Source: Eledone cirrhosa (Eukaryota). Taken from it: a stretch of 64,000 bases of DNA. The position numbers and the translations under genes are program-made. The stretch spans positions 107,570,001-107,634,000 of the forward strand of contig OZ024743.1 in assembly GCA_964016885.1 (NCBI GenBank), read 5' to 3'. The notes beneath the pieces were generated by a model. That model did not search any database. It had not been told where the DNA came from and saw only the letters and a program-made list of their open reading frames with translations. Below, one piece after another: positions 27,418 through 40,749 of the stretch; position 1 is the stretch's first letter, and every line of letters starts with the position of its first letter.

Positions 27418-28614
27418 GGTTGGTGTTGGGTGATGGCTAAGATGTTTTTCTCTATCTCTTTTGCCAGGTTCATGTCTAAAAAAGAAAGAATTTTTTTTTG
27501 TTCAGGGAGCAGTTTTTGATTGGATTTGTAGTTACAACATTGGATAGAGTTGCAGTTCCCTCTTTTCTTGTTGTTGTTGTATTTGTTGTAATTGTGTCTT
27601 TGTGAACAGACTGGAGCAGCGTTATTTTTGTTGTATTCGTTGTTGTTGTGATCGTGTCTTTGTGACAAGACTGGAGCAGCATTACTTTTGTTGTTTTTGT
27701 TGTTGTAATCATGTCTTTGTGAGGAGACTGGAGCAGCATTACCGCAGCAGGGGGTGGTTTTATTTGGCATGAAGCCCCTTTTCTATTCGTGCGTTGTGTC
27801 CCAGGAAGATGAGTGAAAGGACAGTCAGGCAGCAGACATAGCCTCTCACGTTGGGAAAGTTGGAAGATTTTGGGACTGCGACCTATACGTGCAGGCAGCG
27901 TGCTTTGGTGATGGCTGGCAGTGTTAGTGCGCCTAGTACCCGGTAAATGGGTAAATATACAGTCGCTACGTGTGCATAGCCTCTGACGTAGTGAGTAGCG
28001 GCATATTTGGGGGTTTCTAGTATGTGTAGTGGGGGTGCATACAGCACCATAGAACTTTTTTTTTAATAGTTTTTTGACTATGGCATGGTTGTGGTGGTGA
28101 TGTGGGGGAAGAAAGCATTGGTGGTGATGATGATGATAACTGTGGTGGGAGAGAGAGCAGTGGTCCATTACTAGCAGTTGGTGTGGCAGGAGATGGTGAC
28201 GGTGCTGATGGCGATAATGATGGCCGAGTGAGTGGCTGAGTGATACTGTCATTTAGAAGTTCAGCGATTGTGCTTGAATTCAGTAGTGGTCGGTCCTGGC
28301 TTTCTGACTGTTATTGTTGTTGTGGCTGTTGTTGTTGTTGTTGTTGTTGTTGTTGTCCATTAGCGTAAATATGTCGAAGTTTTTTCAAAATGGTTTTGAA
28401 ATAATTTGAAAGAGACTTCGACGTGTTTTAGTTTGTTGTGTATCCGCTTAGCAGATCTCGTCGTAAATGTTTGGGCTGTTTTTTCAGCAATTTCATTCAG
28501 AAATGACGCGTTAATGTTTGATGTTTGTGACAGAGAAAACCATGTGTTTATTAAGAGGTCAATTTCATTTTCAGACCAAGTTCGTCCGTTGTGGGCTTGC
28601 TGGTCAGTAGTCAT
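27405..28614 (-). pseudogene. LINE ORF1, frameshifted: N-terminal Myb/SANT-like (trihelix) domain, Pro/Thr-rich linker, tandem CCCH zinc fingers, 3x 60-bp repeat
   Basis: RTWSENEIDLLINTW...EIAEK...RSAKRIHNKLKHV (28360-28614); CRYSLRQRLCTRSDCIFTH and a degenerate second copy LCLLPDCPFTH; lies directly upstream of the APE. Confidence 0.65.
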
Positions 28615-29175
28615 ATAGTTTTTTTTTTATTATTATCCTTGTGTGCGTTTTAAGATATTTGTTATTTGATACGTGAGTAAGACTTTGGTTATTTGAAGAA
28701 ATTAAAGAATCGCGTATATATATATATTTTTTCTCTCTTATGGATGTGAATTTGGTTGTTTGAGGATGTTAATAGTTTTTGGTTATTTCGTTGTTTGAAG
28801 ATATCCAAGGAAAAACGAGTGTATATAATAGCTTGTAGTTAAGACGACATACTTGCAAGTTTGTAGGGAAAGCACGTGTATTTGTATATAGTTTCCTTAT
28901 GTGAGTGAGGCTTTGGTTATTTGGTTGTTTGAAGATATTAAGAGAAAAACGAGTGTATATAATAATCTGTAGTTTAGAAAACGTACTTACTCACGAGTTA
29001 GTAGGAAAAGCACGTGGTTACAAGTATATATATACAAATATATGTTCGGTCAAATAGGCTTAAAAGCTGGGTACCTGGCAACTGACTTGGTAGAGAGTAA
29101 TATAAACACGTCTATTCACCTCAACAGTCAATATATATATATATAAATATATATATATAAATATATATATATATA

Positions 29176-29471
29176 GATTACAATAATCAAAGTTCAGTTT
29201 AAATCATTTATTTGCTTACAATTGTTTCCTCCAAACCTCGGTTTGGAGGAAACAATTGTAAGCAAATAAATGATTTAAACTGAACTTTGATTATTGTAAT
29301 CCCTATATAACTGCTCTGTAAAACAACCGATGTTATTACATTGAGCTATTTATCTTACTGTTAATAAGATAGTAATGAATGACTATCTTTCACTATTTGG
29401 GGTTTGTATACAAAATATATAACCATAAAAGGTTTTATTATATACATAACCATAAATAGTATCCTTAATAC
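29176..29471. mobile_element. (TA)n-flanked foldback element (62-bp perfect arms, 2-nt loop) plus a 170-bp tail
   Basis: Arms 29176-29237 and 29240-29301; right arm carries GAAA-CAATTG-TA. Confidence 0.85.
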
Positions 29472-31173
<1,702 letters not shown>

Positions 31174-31215
31174 TAAATATATATATATATAAATATATAT
31201 TTATAAATATATATT

Positions 31216-31261
<46 letters not shown>

Positions 31262-31384
31262 TAAATATATATATATAAATATATATTTATAAATATATAT
31301 TTATAAATATATATATATATATAAATATATATATATATAATAATATATATATATATATATATAAATATATCTATATATAAATAT

Positions 31385-31415
<31 letters not shown>

Positions 31416-31483
31416 AATATATATATATATAAATTTATATATAATTAAATATATATATAATTAAATATATATATATATATATA

Positions 31484-31515
<32 letters not shown>

Positions 31516-31554
31516 AATATATCTATATATAAATATATATATATATATATAAAT

Positions 31555-31585
<31 letters not shown>

Positions 31586-31637
31586 AATTTATATATAATT
31601 AAATATATATATAATTAAATATATATATATATATATA

Positions 31638-31669
<32 letters not shown>

Positions 31670-31692
31670 AATATATCTATATATAAATATAT

Positions 31693-31727
<35 letters not shown>

Positions 31728-31782
31728 AATATATATATATATGTAAATTTATATATAATTAAATATATATATAATTAAATAT

Positions 31783-31835
<53 letters not shown>

Positions 31836-31914
31836 AATATATATATATATATTACGAAGGAAATGTGGTAAGGAACCAGGTGGACCATAACGCACCAAAG
31901 GGGTCCTACTCGTT

Positions 31915-31952
<38 letters not shown>

Positions 31953-32457
31953 TATTAGAATTGGTGCTCTGAAATAGCTATATATATATGAATGTATATA
32001 TAGTGTGTTTTGCAATACACTGTATGCTTAATTAAAAGCATTTCGAAGACCTTATGCTATTCTTTTAGAGTAGTGACAGACTCACTTACTTTAATTTTCA
32101 GCAAACAGGGGAGATAAAGCTGACAAGGCTTTTTCGCATTTATTGATGCTTATCAAAGCCAACTACTCCTCCTGTTTGATGAAATCATGGATGTTTGATT
32201 CTTATAGAATTCTAGTAAATAATCAGGAACTGATTATACCGAGCGGTTGCCGGTCATGCAGAAATTGAAAATTAGAATTGGTGCTCTGAAATAGCTATAT
32301 ATATATGAATGTATATATAGTGTATTTTGCAATACATATATACATAGCAATTTCAGAGCACCAATTCTAATTTTCAATTTCTGCTTGACCGGCAACCGCT
32401 CTGTATAATCAGATCCTGATTATTTACTAGAATTCTATAAGCACCAAACATCCATGA

Positions 32458-32548
32458 TTTCAGCAAACAGGAGGAGTAGTTGGCTTTGATAAGCATCAAT
32501 AAATGCGAAACAAGACCTTGTCAGCTTTATCTCCCCTGTTTGCTGAAA
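32458..32548 (+). ncRNA. Type I hammerhead ribozyme, U3-A8 core variant
   Basis: Long stem I TTTCAGCAAACAGGAGGAG-tagtt-GGCT / AGCT-ttat-CTCCCCTGTTTGCTGAAA; core TTGATAA; stem II GCAT-caataa-ATGC; GAAA; stem III ACAAG-ac-CTTGT; GUC site after 32522. Confidence 0.8.
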
Positions 32549-32780
32549 ATTAAAGTAAATGAGTCTGTCACTACTCTAAAACAATAGCATAAGGTCTTCG
32601 AATTGCTTTTAATTAAGCATACAGTGTATTGCAAAACACACTATATATACATTCATATATATATATATAGCTATTTCAGAGCACCAATTCTAATTTTCAA
32701 TTTCTGCTTGACCGGCAACCGCTCGGCATAATCAGTTCCTGATTATTTACTAGAATTCTATAAGAACCAAACATCCATGA

Positions 32781-32871
32781 TTTCAGCAAACAGGAGGAGT
32801 AGTTGGCTTTGATAAGCATCAATATATGCGAAAAAAGGCCTTGTCAGCTTTATCTCCCCTGTTTGCTGAAA
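32781..32871 (+). ncRNA. Second tandem U3-A8 hammerhead
   Basis: GGCT-TTGATAA-GCAT-caatat-ATGC-GAAA-aAAGGCCTTG-TC-AGCT; predicted site after 32845. Confidence 0.7.
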
Positions 32872-33397
32872 ATTAAAGTAAGTGAATCTGTCACTACTCT
32901 AAAAGAATAGCATAAGGTCTTCGAAATGCTTTTTATTAAGCATACAGTTTATTGCAAAATACACTATATATACATTCATATAAATATATATATATATATA
33001 TTGTTATACTTTGGGAGGGTCATGTTGCCAATAAGAAACACACGCACCAGTTGTTTCACTTCAATTCATTATAATAAATTTATAATAAATTTATAAATTT
33101 ATAAATTTCTGGTTGGTTGGTTGGTTCCACAACCAGATAGTTGTTTATATATAGTCATAGTTCTTTTGTCACACACTATGTTACCTCTTCAGTGACTTGG
33201 GATTCCTTTCTTTGTTTCTGTGCCTCTCCTTTGTTCTGTCCTACGCCATTTTGTTTCTGTGTGTGTGTTGTGTGCTCAGTCTGCGCATGCGCCACATCCG
33301 GGTGTCTGTGTGTGTTTGTGTTCATTTATTTATTTGTTTATTTACATGTTACTGGTTGGTTGTTTGTTCTATGTGTGTGTGTGTTTTCATTTTGTCC

Positions 33398-34609
33398 TTA
33401 ATTGTAAGTTGTGATGTTGCTGTTCCACTCATATTTTCTATTTAATTTTGGTTGTAATTCTTTTATGTTTATTGCCTCTGTAATTTGTCTAAACATTGCG
33501 TCTTTTCTGTGTGTAGATTCTATTTTTATTTCTATGTTCTCTAATTTACCCTTGTGTTCTATTTTAGCATGTTGGTAGAGTACAGATGATTCTTTATTAC
33601 CTAGAAGGTCTCGCCAGTGTTCATTTATCCGTTCCCCTACACTACGAGCTGTCTCACCTATGTACACTATATTTTTGTCTCTACATTGTCCTTCAGTACA
33701 TCTTATGCTATACACTACATTCCTAGTTTTACAGTTAATATGGGGGCTTATTTTACAGGTTATACATTTCTTATCTATACATGAGGGTCTTTGAAAAGGG
33801 TATGTCTTGCTAATAAGTGTTTTTACGGAGGTACCTGGTCTTTCTACTATCTTAATATTGAGTTTATGTTTATTTAGGGCCCTTCTAAATTTGTAAGCTA
33901 ATTCACCTCTAGGGGTTGTATCGATGAACATTACACTCTGGTATTTATTGCTATCATACCATGAGTTTATTCTATTAGCCTTGTTCCTAGTTCTTCCTAT
34001 TCTATTCCAAAATTTGCTCCTATACAAGGGGCAGGTCCCATTTATGTCATTATTTACCATTTTTTCCCATTTGGTTCTGGCTCCTCTATACACTCTGATT
34101 TTATCTCTCTGATTGTAGCCAGAGAACTGCATACGGTGGATGAAGTGTTGTATGTGTCTCTCTAGTTCTTCGGGGTTGCACATGCGGGACACATTTCTCA
34201 TCACCCGTACCAAATCCGCAATCAGTATGTTGATTTTGGTATGGTCCGAAACGGCCGAGTTTCGGTGGATCAGATGTTTGGAAGTCATGGGTTTGGCATA
34301 ATGGGAATGGGGGATTTGTTTTTTGTTGTTAATGGTATCTAACCAGAGCTCTGTGTCTAGTACAGGTAATCGATGGTTGGGGTGTTTACTTGGGTAGTCT
34401 ATAGTAACTCTAATGCTCTGGTGGATGGAGTTTGCTATTTGCTGGATGCTTTCCATTGTGTTTTTTTCTAGTTCCTGACTGTTCTCTAGTGGGGGTGTCT
34501 TAACTACGATGTTTATACCATCTACGTAGCGGGAGTACATTGTCAGGGTTAAGGGGTCTTCTAATTGTTCTTTAAGTTTAAGTTTAAGTCTACTGTCCCA
34601 CCATACCAT
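33398..34609 (-). pseudogene. PLE RT thumb plus GIY-YIG endonuclease (catalytic YVDD mutated to YVDG)
   Basis: Provided 403-aa ORF; continues upstream through a frameshift near 34695 into ORFs 34621-35190 and 35631-37190. Confidence 0.9.
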
Positions 34610-37502
34610 GAATAAGTTAGCTATGTCGCCTGCAATGCTAACACCAATGGCTGCTCCTTCCTCTTGGGCATATGTTTTTCCATTAAATTTAACATATGTT
34701 CCTTAAGGGTTAGTTTTATGCTGGCCGCTACCGCATGTGCAATCATTTTCTTCAGTTCATCGTGGTTTTCGGGTGTCCGTATGGCTCTGGTCCACCCGTT
34801 CCATCTATCTGTGTGGGTTTTCTTGGCTATTGAGGTAATGGTAGGTGGTCTGCCTCTTGCTGGTCTTGTAGGGCACAGGTTGCTAAGGTCATATGTGTCT
34901 AGGTAATTATTACTATAGGTAAGCTTAAGTAGAAGTCCCAGCTCACTGGTATCAATCCCACGGAACACAACCTTGCTCTCACTGATCATTTCTACGCATT
35001 TCTCCACAGCAAAATCCACGTCAATAGATGGATACAGGGACACAACATCCATACTGCCTATTATGTAGTTTGTTAGGTCCTCAGATCGGTTACCCACGCC
35101 GATTCTGCTGAGGAGGTCCTCCGTGCTGTCACATACATCTGGGGACATTTCAATGATGGGGCGTATGATCAGGGAGAGGAAGTAGGACATTCTGTAGTTA
35201 CTAGCAATGTTAGCTCCACAGACTGGCCGTGTTGGTGGTCACGCGACAGGGTCACAGCCCGTGTTATGGTCTTTTCGAAGCCCATACAACGCCGGCACGT
35301 CATTGTTCCAGGCCTGGAAGATGTTGGCAGTCCTTTTGTTGGGCTGCATTATATTCGTCCACATCACCATATGGGCATTGAGGGCTTTTTCTCTATCCTC
35401 ATGCTCCTGTGGTGTTACCTCTCTTGTGTTAGTGATGTGGGGTTGCATTGCCTGGATGTAGTTTGGCAGGCTGTCAACTGACATTGTTGGAAAGCATGCT
35501 ATCTCTCCATTACGTGAGCGCTGCATGAGCTTACGCAAGCCATTTGCAGATTTTTCTCCCAGTTGCTGGGCCTCCATTCTATTATGCTTCTTGCTATACT
35601 GTTCTATAATATTTCTAAGTTCGGATCTAGCTATACTAAATTGTGCTTCTGTTTGTTCATCGACCTGCGACGGCTATTGCGTGCGTTTGTTAAATGGTAA
35701 AGTCGTGGCGTGGACTCGTCGCAGGTCGAATGATTTATCGGAGGGATTATAAAACGTAGAGTTCCAGGCTGCTGCTTTATGTGTACTAGTGCTATTGTTA
35801 TTGTTAGTTGTGTTGTTTCTATTTCTATTTCCACCAACAGCCTCATGGTTGTTTCTATGTCTCTCACAATGTTAGCTCCACAGAGTGGCCGTGTTGGTGG
35901 TCCTGCGACAGGGTCACAGCCCGTTTTATGGTCTTTTCGAAGCCCATACAACGCCGGCACGTCATTGTTCCAGGCCTGGAAGATGTTGGCAGTCCTTTTG
36001 TTGGGCTGCATTATATTCGTCCACATCACCATATGGGCATTGAGGGCTTTATCTCTATCCTCATGCTCCTGTGGTGTTACCTCTCTTGTGTTAGTGATGT
36101 GGGGTTGCATTGCCTGGATGTAGTTTGGCAGGCTGTCAACTGACATTGTTGGAAAGCATGCTATCTCTCCATTACATGAGCGCTGCATGAGCTTACGCAA
36201 GCCATTTGCAGATTTTTCTCCCAGTTGCTGGGCCTCCATTCTATTATGCTTCTTGCTATACTGTTCTATAATATTTCTAAGTTCGGATCTAGCTATACTA
36301 AATTTTGCTTCTGTTTGTTCATCGACCTGAGACGGCAATTGCGTGCGTTTGTTAAATGGTAAAGTCGTGGCGTGGACTCGTCGCAGGTCGAATGATTTAT
36401 CGGAGGGATTATAAAACGTAGAGTTCCAGGCTGCTGCTTTATGTGTACTAGTGCTATTGTTATTGTTAGTTGTGTTGTTTCTATTTCTATTTCCACCAAC
36501 AGCCTCATGGTTGTTTCTATGTCTCTCACAATTACTCCTGTCTCTTTCCACTGGCTCATTGTTGTTATCTATCCTATTTTGTGTGTCTGTCTGTTCGTCT
36601 TGGTTATTCTCTTTGTCCTTAGTCTCCCTTCTCTGTTGAATGTTATTACTTGCCCCTATTTCTGTGATTTCTGTGCTACTGTTATTACTTGTTTTCTGTG
36701 TCTGTGTGTTTGTTAAGATTGTGGTGGTGGTGAGAGGCATTGAGTGTGTGAGTGTTGTGTTTGTTGGTGTGTGCTGTTGTTGATGTGTGTTGTTGTTGTC
36801 TCCGTGTGTGTTATTGTTGTTGTGTGTGTTGTTATTGTTGTTTGTGTCTGCGTGTCTGTTGTTGTTGTTTCTGGGTATGTTGTTATTGTTGTTGGTGTGT
36901 GTGTTGTTTTTATTGTTGTTTGTGTCTGCGTGTCTGTTGTTGTTGGGATGTGTGTTGTATATGTGTGTGCATATATTGTTGCTTTTGTTTTTGTTTTTGA
37001 GGCTCCAGCGTAGTTTTGTAAATGATTTTTCTATTTCTGACAGACAACTAATTATATTTACCTTCTTGAATGTCGCAAATTTCGGGGGTAAACATAACAC
37101 AGACTTCTTATCGTCATCTATTCTTGTGTTATCGTATATATTTGTGTTGTTTTTGTTGTTGAACTCTTCTGTTAATGAGGTGTCGGCCATATTTATACCG
37201 TCAATTTTGTCGGGATATCTATTGGTATTCTCTATAGTATCCTGATTTAGCTTTATCTGCTTAAGCCACTTTAGTTTCTTGTTAAAGTGCTTATCACATT
37301 CTTGAGTAATGAACTGTTCTTCAGGGCGTATAAGGCTTATAAATATTAGTTTCTCTCTTGGTGTGGTGATCCTAGCTATTTCTTGTATTAGGTTACGCTT
37401 ATGTTTTTCTTGATGACTTAATTCTCTATAGATCTTCTTTTTTATGTTTAGAATTAATGTTCGTTTTAGCCTATATGCTTGTTTTTTGGTGAGTTGTAAT
37501 CT

Positions 37503-38232
37503 GTTCTCTGCCTACAATCAGAGAGATAAAGTGAGAATGTATAGAGGAGCCAGAACCAAATGGGAAAAAATGGTAAATAATGACATAAATGGGACCTTCC
37601 CCTTGTATAGGAGCAAATTTTGGAATAGAATAGAAAGAACTAGGAACAAGGCTAATAGAATAAACTCATGGTATGATATCAATAAATACCAGAGTGTAAT
37701 GTTCATCGATACAACCCCTAGAGGTGAATTAGCTTACAAATTTAGAAGGGCCCTAAATAAACATAAACTCAATATTAAGATAGTAGAAAGACCAGGTACC
37801 TCCGTAAAAACACTTATTAGCAAGACATACCCTTTTCGAAGACCCTCATGTATAGATAAGAAATGTATAACCTGTAAACTAAGCCCCCATATTAACTGTA
37901 AAACTAGAAATGTAGTGTATAGCATAAGATGTACTGAAGGACAATGTAGAGACAAAAATATAGTGTACATAGGTGAGACAGCTTGTAGTGTAGGGGAACG
38001 GATAAATGAACACTGGCGAGACCTTCTAGATAATAAAGAATCATCTGTACTCTACTAACATGCTAAAATAGAACACAAGGGTAAATTAGAGAACATAGAA
38101 ATAAAAATAGAATCTACACACAGAAAAGACGCAATATTTAGACAAATTACAGAGGCAATAAACATAAAAGAATTACAACCAAAATTAAATAGAAAATATG
38201 AGTGGAACAGCAACATCACAACTTACAATTAA
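37503..38232 (+). pseudogene. Inverted duplicate of the PLE GIY-YIG region with a premature stop
   Basis: ORF 37444-38058 is nearly identical to the C-terminal half of the 403-aa ORF; CAA->TAA at 38056. Confidence 0.9.
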
Positions 38233-38433
38233 GGACAAAATGAAAACACACACACACATAGAACAAACAACCAACCAGTAACATGTAAATAAACAAATAA
38301 ATAAATGAACATAAACACACACAGACACCCGGATGTGGCGCATGCGCAGACTGAGCACACAACACACACACAGAAACAAAATGGCGTAGGACAGAACAAA
38401 GGAGAGGCACAGAAACAAAGAAAGGAATCCCCA

Positions 38434-38476
38434 GTCACTGAAGAGGTAACATAGTGTGTGACGAAAGAACTATGAC
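38434..38476 (+). ncRNA. Minimal type I hammerhead in the PLE pLTR
   Basis: GTCA-CTGAAGA-g-GTAACA-tagtg-TGTGAC-GAAA-GAAC-TA-TGAC; the copy at 26273-26317 has a perfect stem II GTCACA/TGTGAC. Confidence 0.7.
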
Positions 38477-38669
38477 AATATATAAACAACTATCTGGTTG
38501 TGGAACCAACCAACCAACCAGAAATTTATAAATTTATTATAATAAATTGAAGTGAAAGCTACTGGTGCGTGTGTTTCTTATTGGCAACATGACCCTCCCA
38601 AAGTATAACAATATCGGTTTCAACACACGATTTCAGATAAAGAATCTTGCTAAACAAATTCAGAAACGA

Positions 38670-38779
<110 letters not shown>

Positions 38780-38814
38780 AAAATGAAATAAAAGATGGTT
38801 ATAAGAGTTCCATA

Positions 38815-38882
38815 TATTTCATTATACGTATTCCGAATACAAAGTCATCCTGGGACAGATATTGTGTTCTCTTCAGATAAAA
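38815..38882 (-). ncRNA. Hammerhead relic (GAAA mutated to GGAA)
   Basis: Minus strand TTTTAT-CTGAAGA-GAACACAA...TTGTATTC-GGAA-TACGTA-TA-ATGAAA. Confidence 0.5.
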
Positions 38883-39064
38883 AATAAGGTACAATGATAT
38901 GAGGCACAATAGCACATGTTTATAGAAAAGTGGTATGTCTACATATGACAGAAATATATGTGTTAATACTATAGTAAGAAATAGATAGGAAAATAGAAGA
39001 AGAGGAAAGAAGAAGAGAAAAAAGGAAAAAGAAAGGGAAGAAAGTAAAAAAGAAGGAAGAAGAA

Positions 39065-39156
<92 letters not shown>

Positions 39157-39223
39157 TGAGAGAGAGAGAGATGGAGGGAGAGACTTTTGATCAGGAACGA
39201 TGTCAAATTGAAACAGCTGTAAA

Positions 39224-39405
39224 TAATTGTTTCTACTTTTGGCACAAGGCCAGCAATTATTCCAGTGCATTACTGGTACTTTATTTTATCGACCCCGTAA
39301 GGATGAATGGCAAAGTTAACCTCGGCGGGATTTGAACTCAGATCATAAAGGGAGGTAACTCTATGCTTCAAAGCATGGCGTCCGACCCTTATCGATACTG
39401 CCAAT
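39224..39405 (-). mobile_element. Full-length Nin/Deu-core tRNA SINE
   Basis: As for 16908-17088. Confidence 0.9.
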
Positions 39406-39948
39406 CCACAGCTGTAAATAATGGTTAAAAAATACATTTCAATGACCGGCTTCATACTGAAACCGTCATTCAAATGTTCATAGTACAATAAACCTTTAAG
39501 GAATTACACCAGACCGGCCTCCTGTTATTTTATAATAATTAACTCCGTACTCGCACCAAATACTAACATTTGGTTTAAGAAGTGTATAAATGTATTAATA
39601 AAATAAATATAAAAGATTTTTATAAAATAAAATAAGAATAGTCTATCTATGTCAAAATTAATAATTTCTAGTAAAAATATATATGTGGGTATACTATTTA
39701 ATTTTTATTTTATATCAACAAGTAATCAAAGGAAATTGCTAGAATGATTTAAAAACGTAGAAAAACGTAGAGAAAATCTATTATAAAATGACGTCCGCAT
39801 TTGTTTACAAAATCTACGAAGGTTTGAGCGAAAATCTAAGGCTATAAAATAAAAGATCGAAGGCTTAATATATAATGACAAAACCAAAATAATACATTGT
39901 AGAATATAATGGAAGATGTGTAAAGATAACAGTGACTCATGGAATATG

Positions 39949-40680
39949 TTATAGGACATCAGCTTTGTGAAAGGTCTTGTAGGATTTATGATTACAAAGT
40001 CCAAATAAATCGGTTCTTCGATTTATTATTGTGTTAAAATTTGAGATAATGGTACATTTTTCAACTAGATATAAATTACAAACACTAGATATGGAAGCTT
40101 TGGAGTATGGAGATGCGTTGTAGATTTTACGCCAAGAAATTTCGTAATTTATGTTTTTGTCTTTTAAGGACCAAATAAGTTCTGAGAGTGCGGTGCTGGT
40201 CCTTTTAAGTGGACATTTAAATGTAGAAGAATGATTATAGAATCTTGCTTTAAAGGAGGTAGAAGTAGAGCCAATGTAGGTATAGAAATTGGTACTAGTT
40301 ACCACTTTACATTCGTATACTAAGTTTTTATCGAGACAGAAATTACTAAGAGGACAATTAGTTCTAATAGGGCAGTTGCATTTACGATTTACATTATTTA
40401 CAGAGTTATTGGCAAGTGGCCCAGTATTAATTATATTAGGATCAGGAGTGGTGGAATTAACTAAAGGAGGTGCTAGAGTTTCTAGATTTACATTACTATT
40501 AGATGTATTCCTCAAAGTTACGTATGACGTCGTATTTATCCTCGTGTTATTTTGCCTAGAGTTTACATTGACGTTGGGCCTTATACTGTTATTATTATGA
40601 CTCTCATGGTTGGATGCATATGAGTTATTATTTAATTTTTTAGAATTGTCTTGAGATAATTTTTGAAATGTTCAAAGAAG
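39949..40680 (-). pseudogene. Penelope-like GIY-YIG endonuclease fragment
   Basis: CNCPIRTNCPLSNFCLDKNLVYECKV...YIGSTSTSFKARFYNH...INRRTDLFGLC. Confidence 0.88.
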
Positions 40681-40681
40681 A

Positions 40682-40712
<31 letters not shown>

Positions 40713-40749
40713 TGTATGTATGTATGTATGTATGTATGTATGTATGTGT

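Larger units (their letters stand above)
31955..32985. mobile_element. Retrozyme-like array: three ~320-bp units (one inverted relative to two in tandem), each with a type I hammerhead
   Basis: Unit starts at 31955 and 32272 (first orientation) and ~32345 and ~32668 (inverted); HHRs at 32096-32184 (-), 32458-32548 (+) and 32781-32871 (+); no ORF; (TA)n flanks. Confidence 0.8.

Noticed and set aside
35236-35244. In-frame TGA in the Naiad-like ORF as possible selenocysteine
   Set aside because: The duplicated copy has GGA (Gly) at the same codon, so this is a nonsense mutation; I recognised no SECIS
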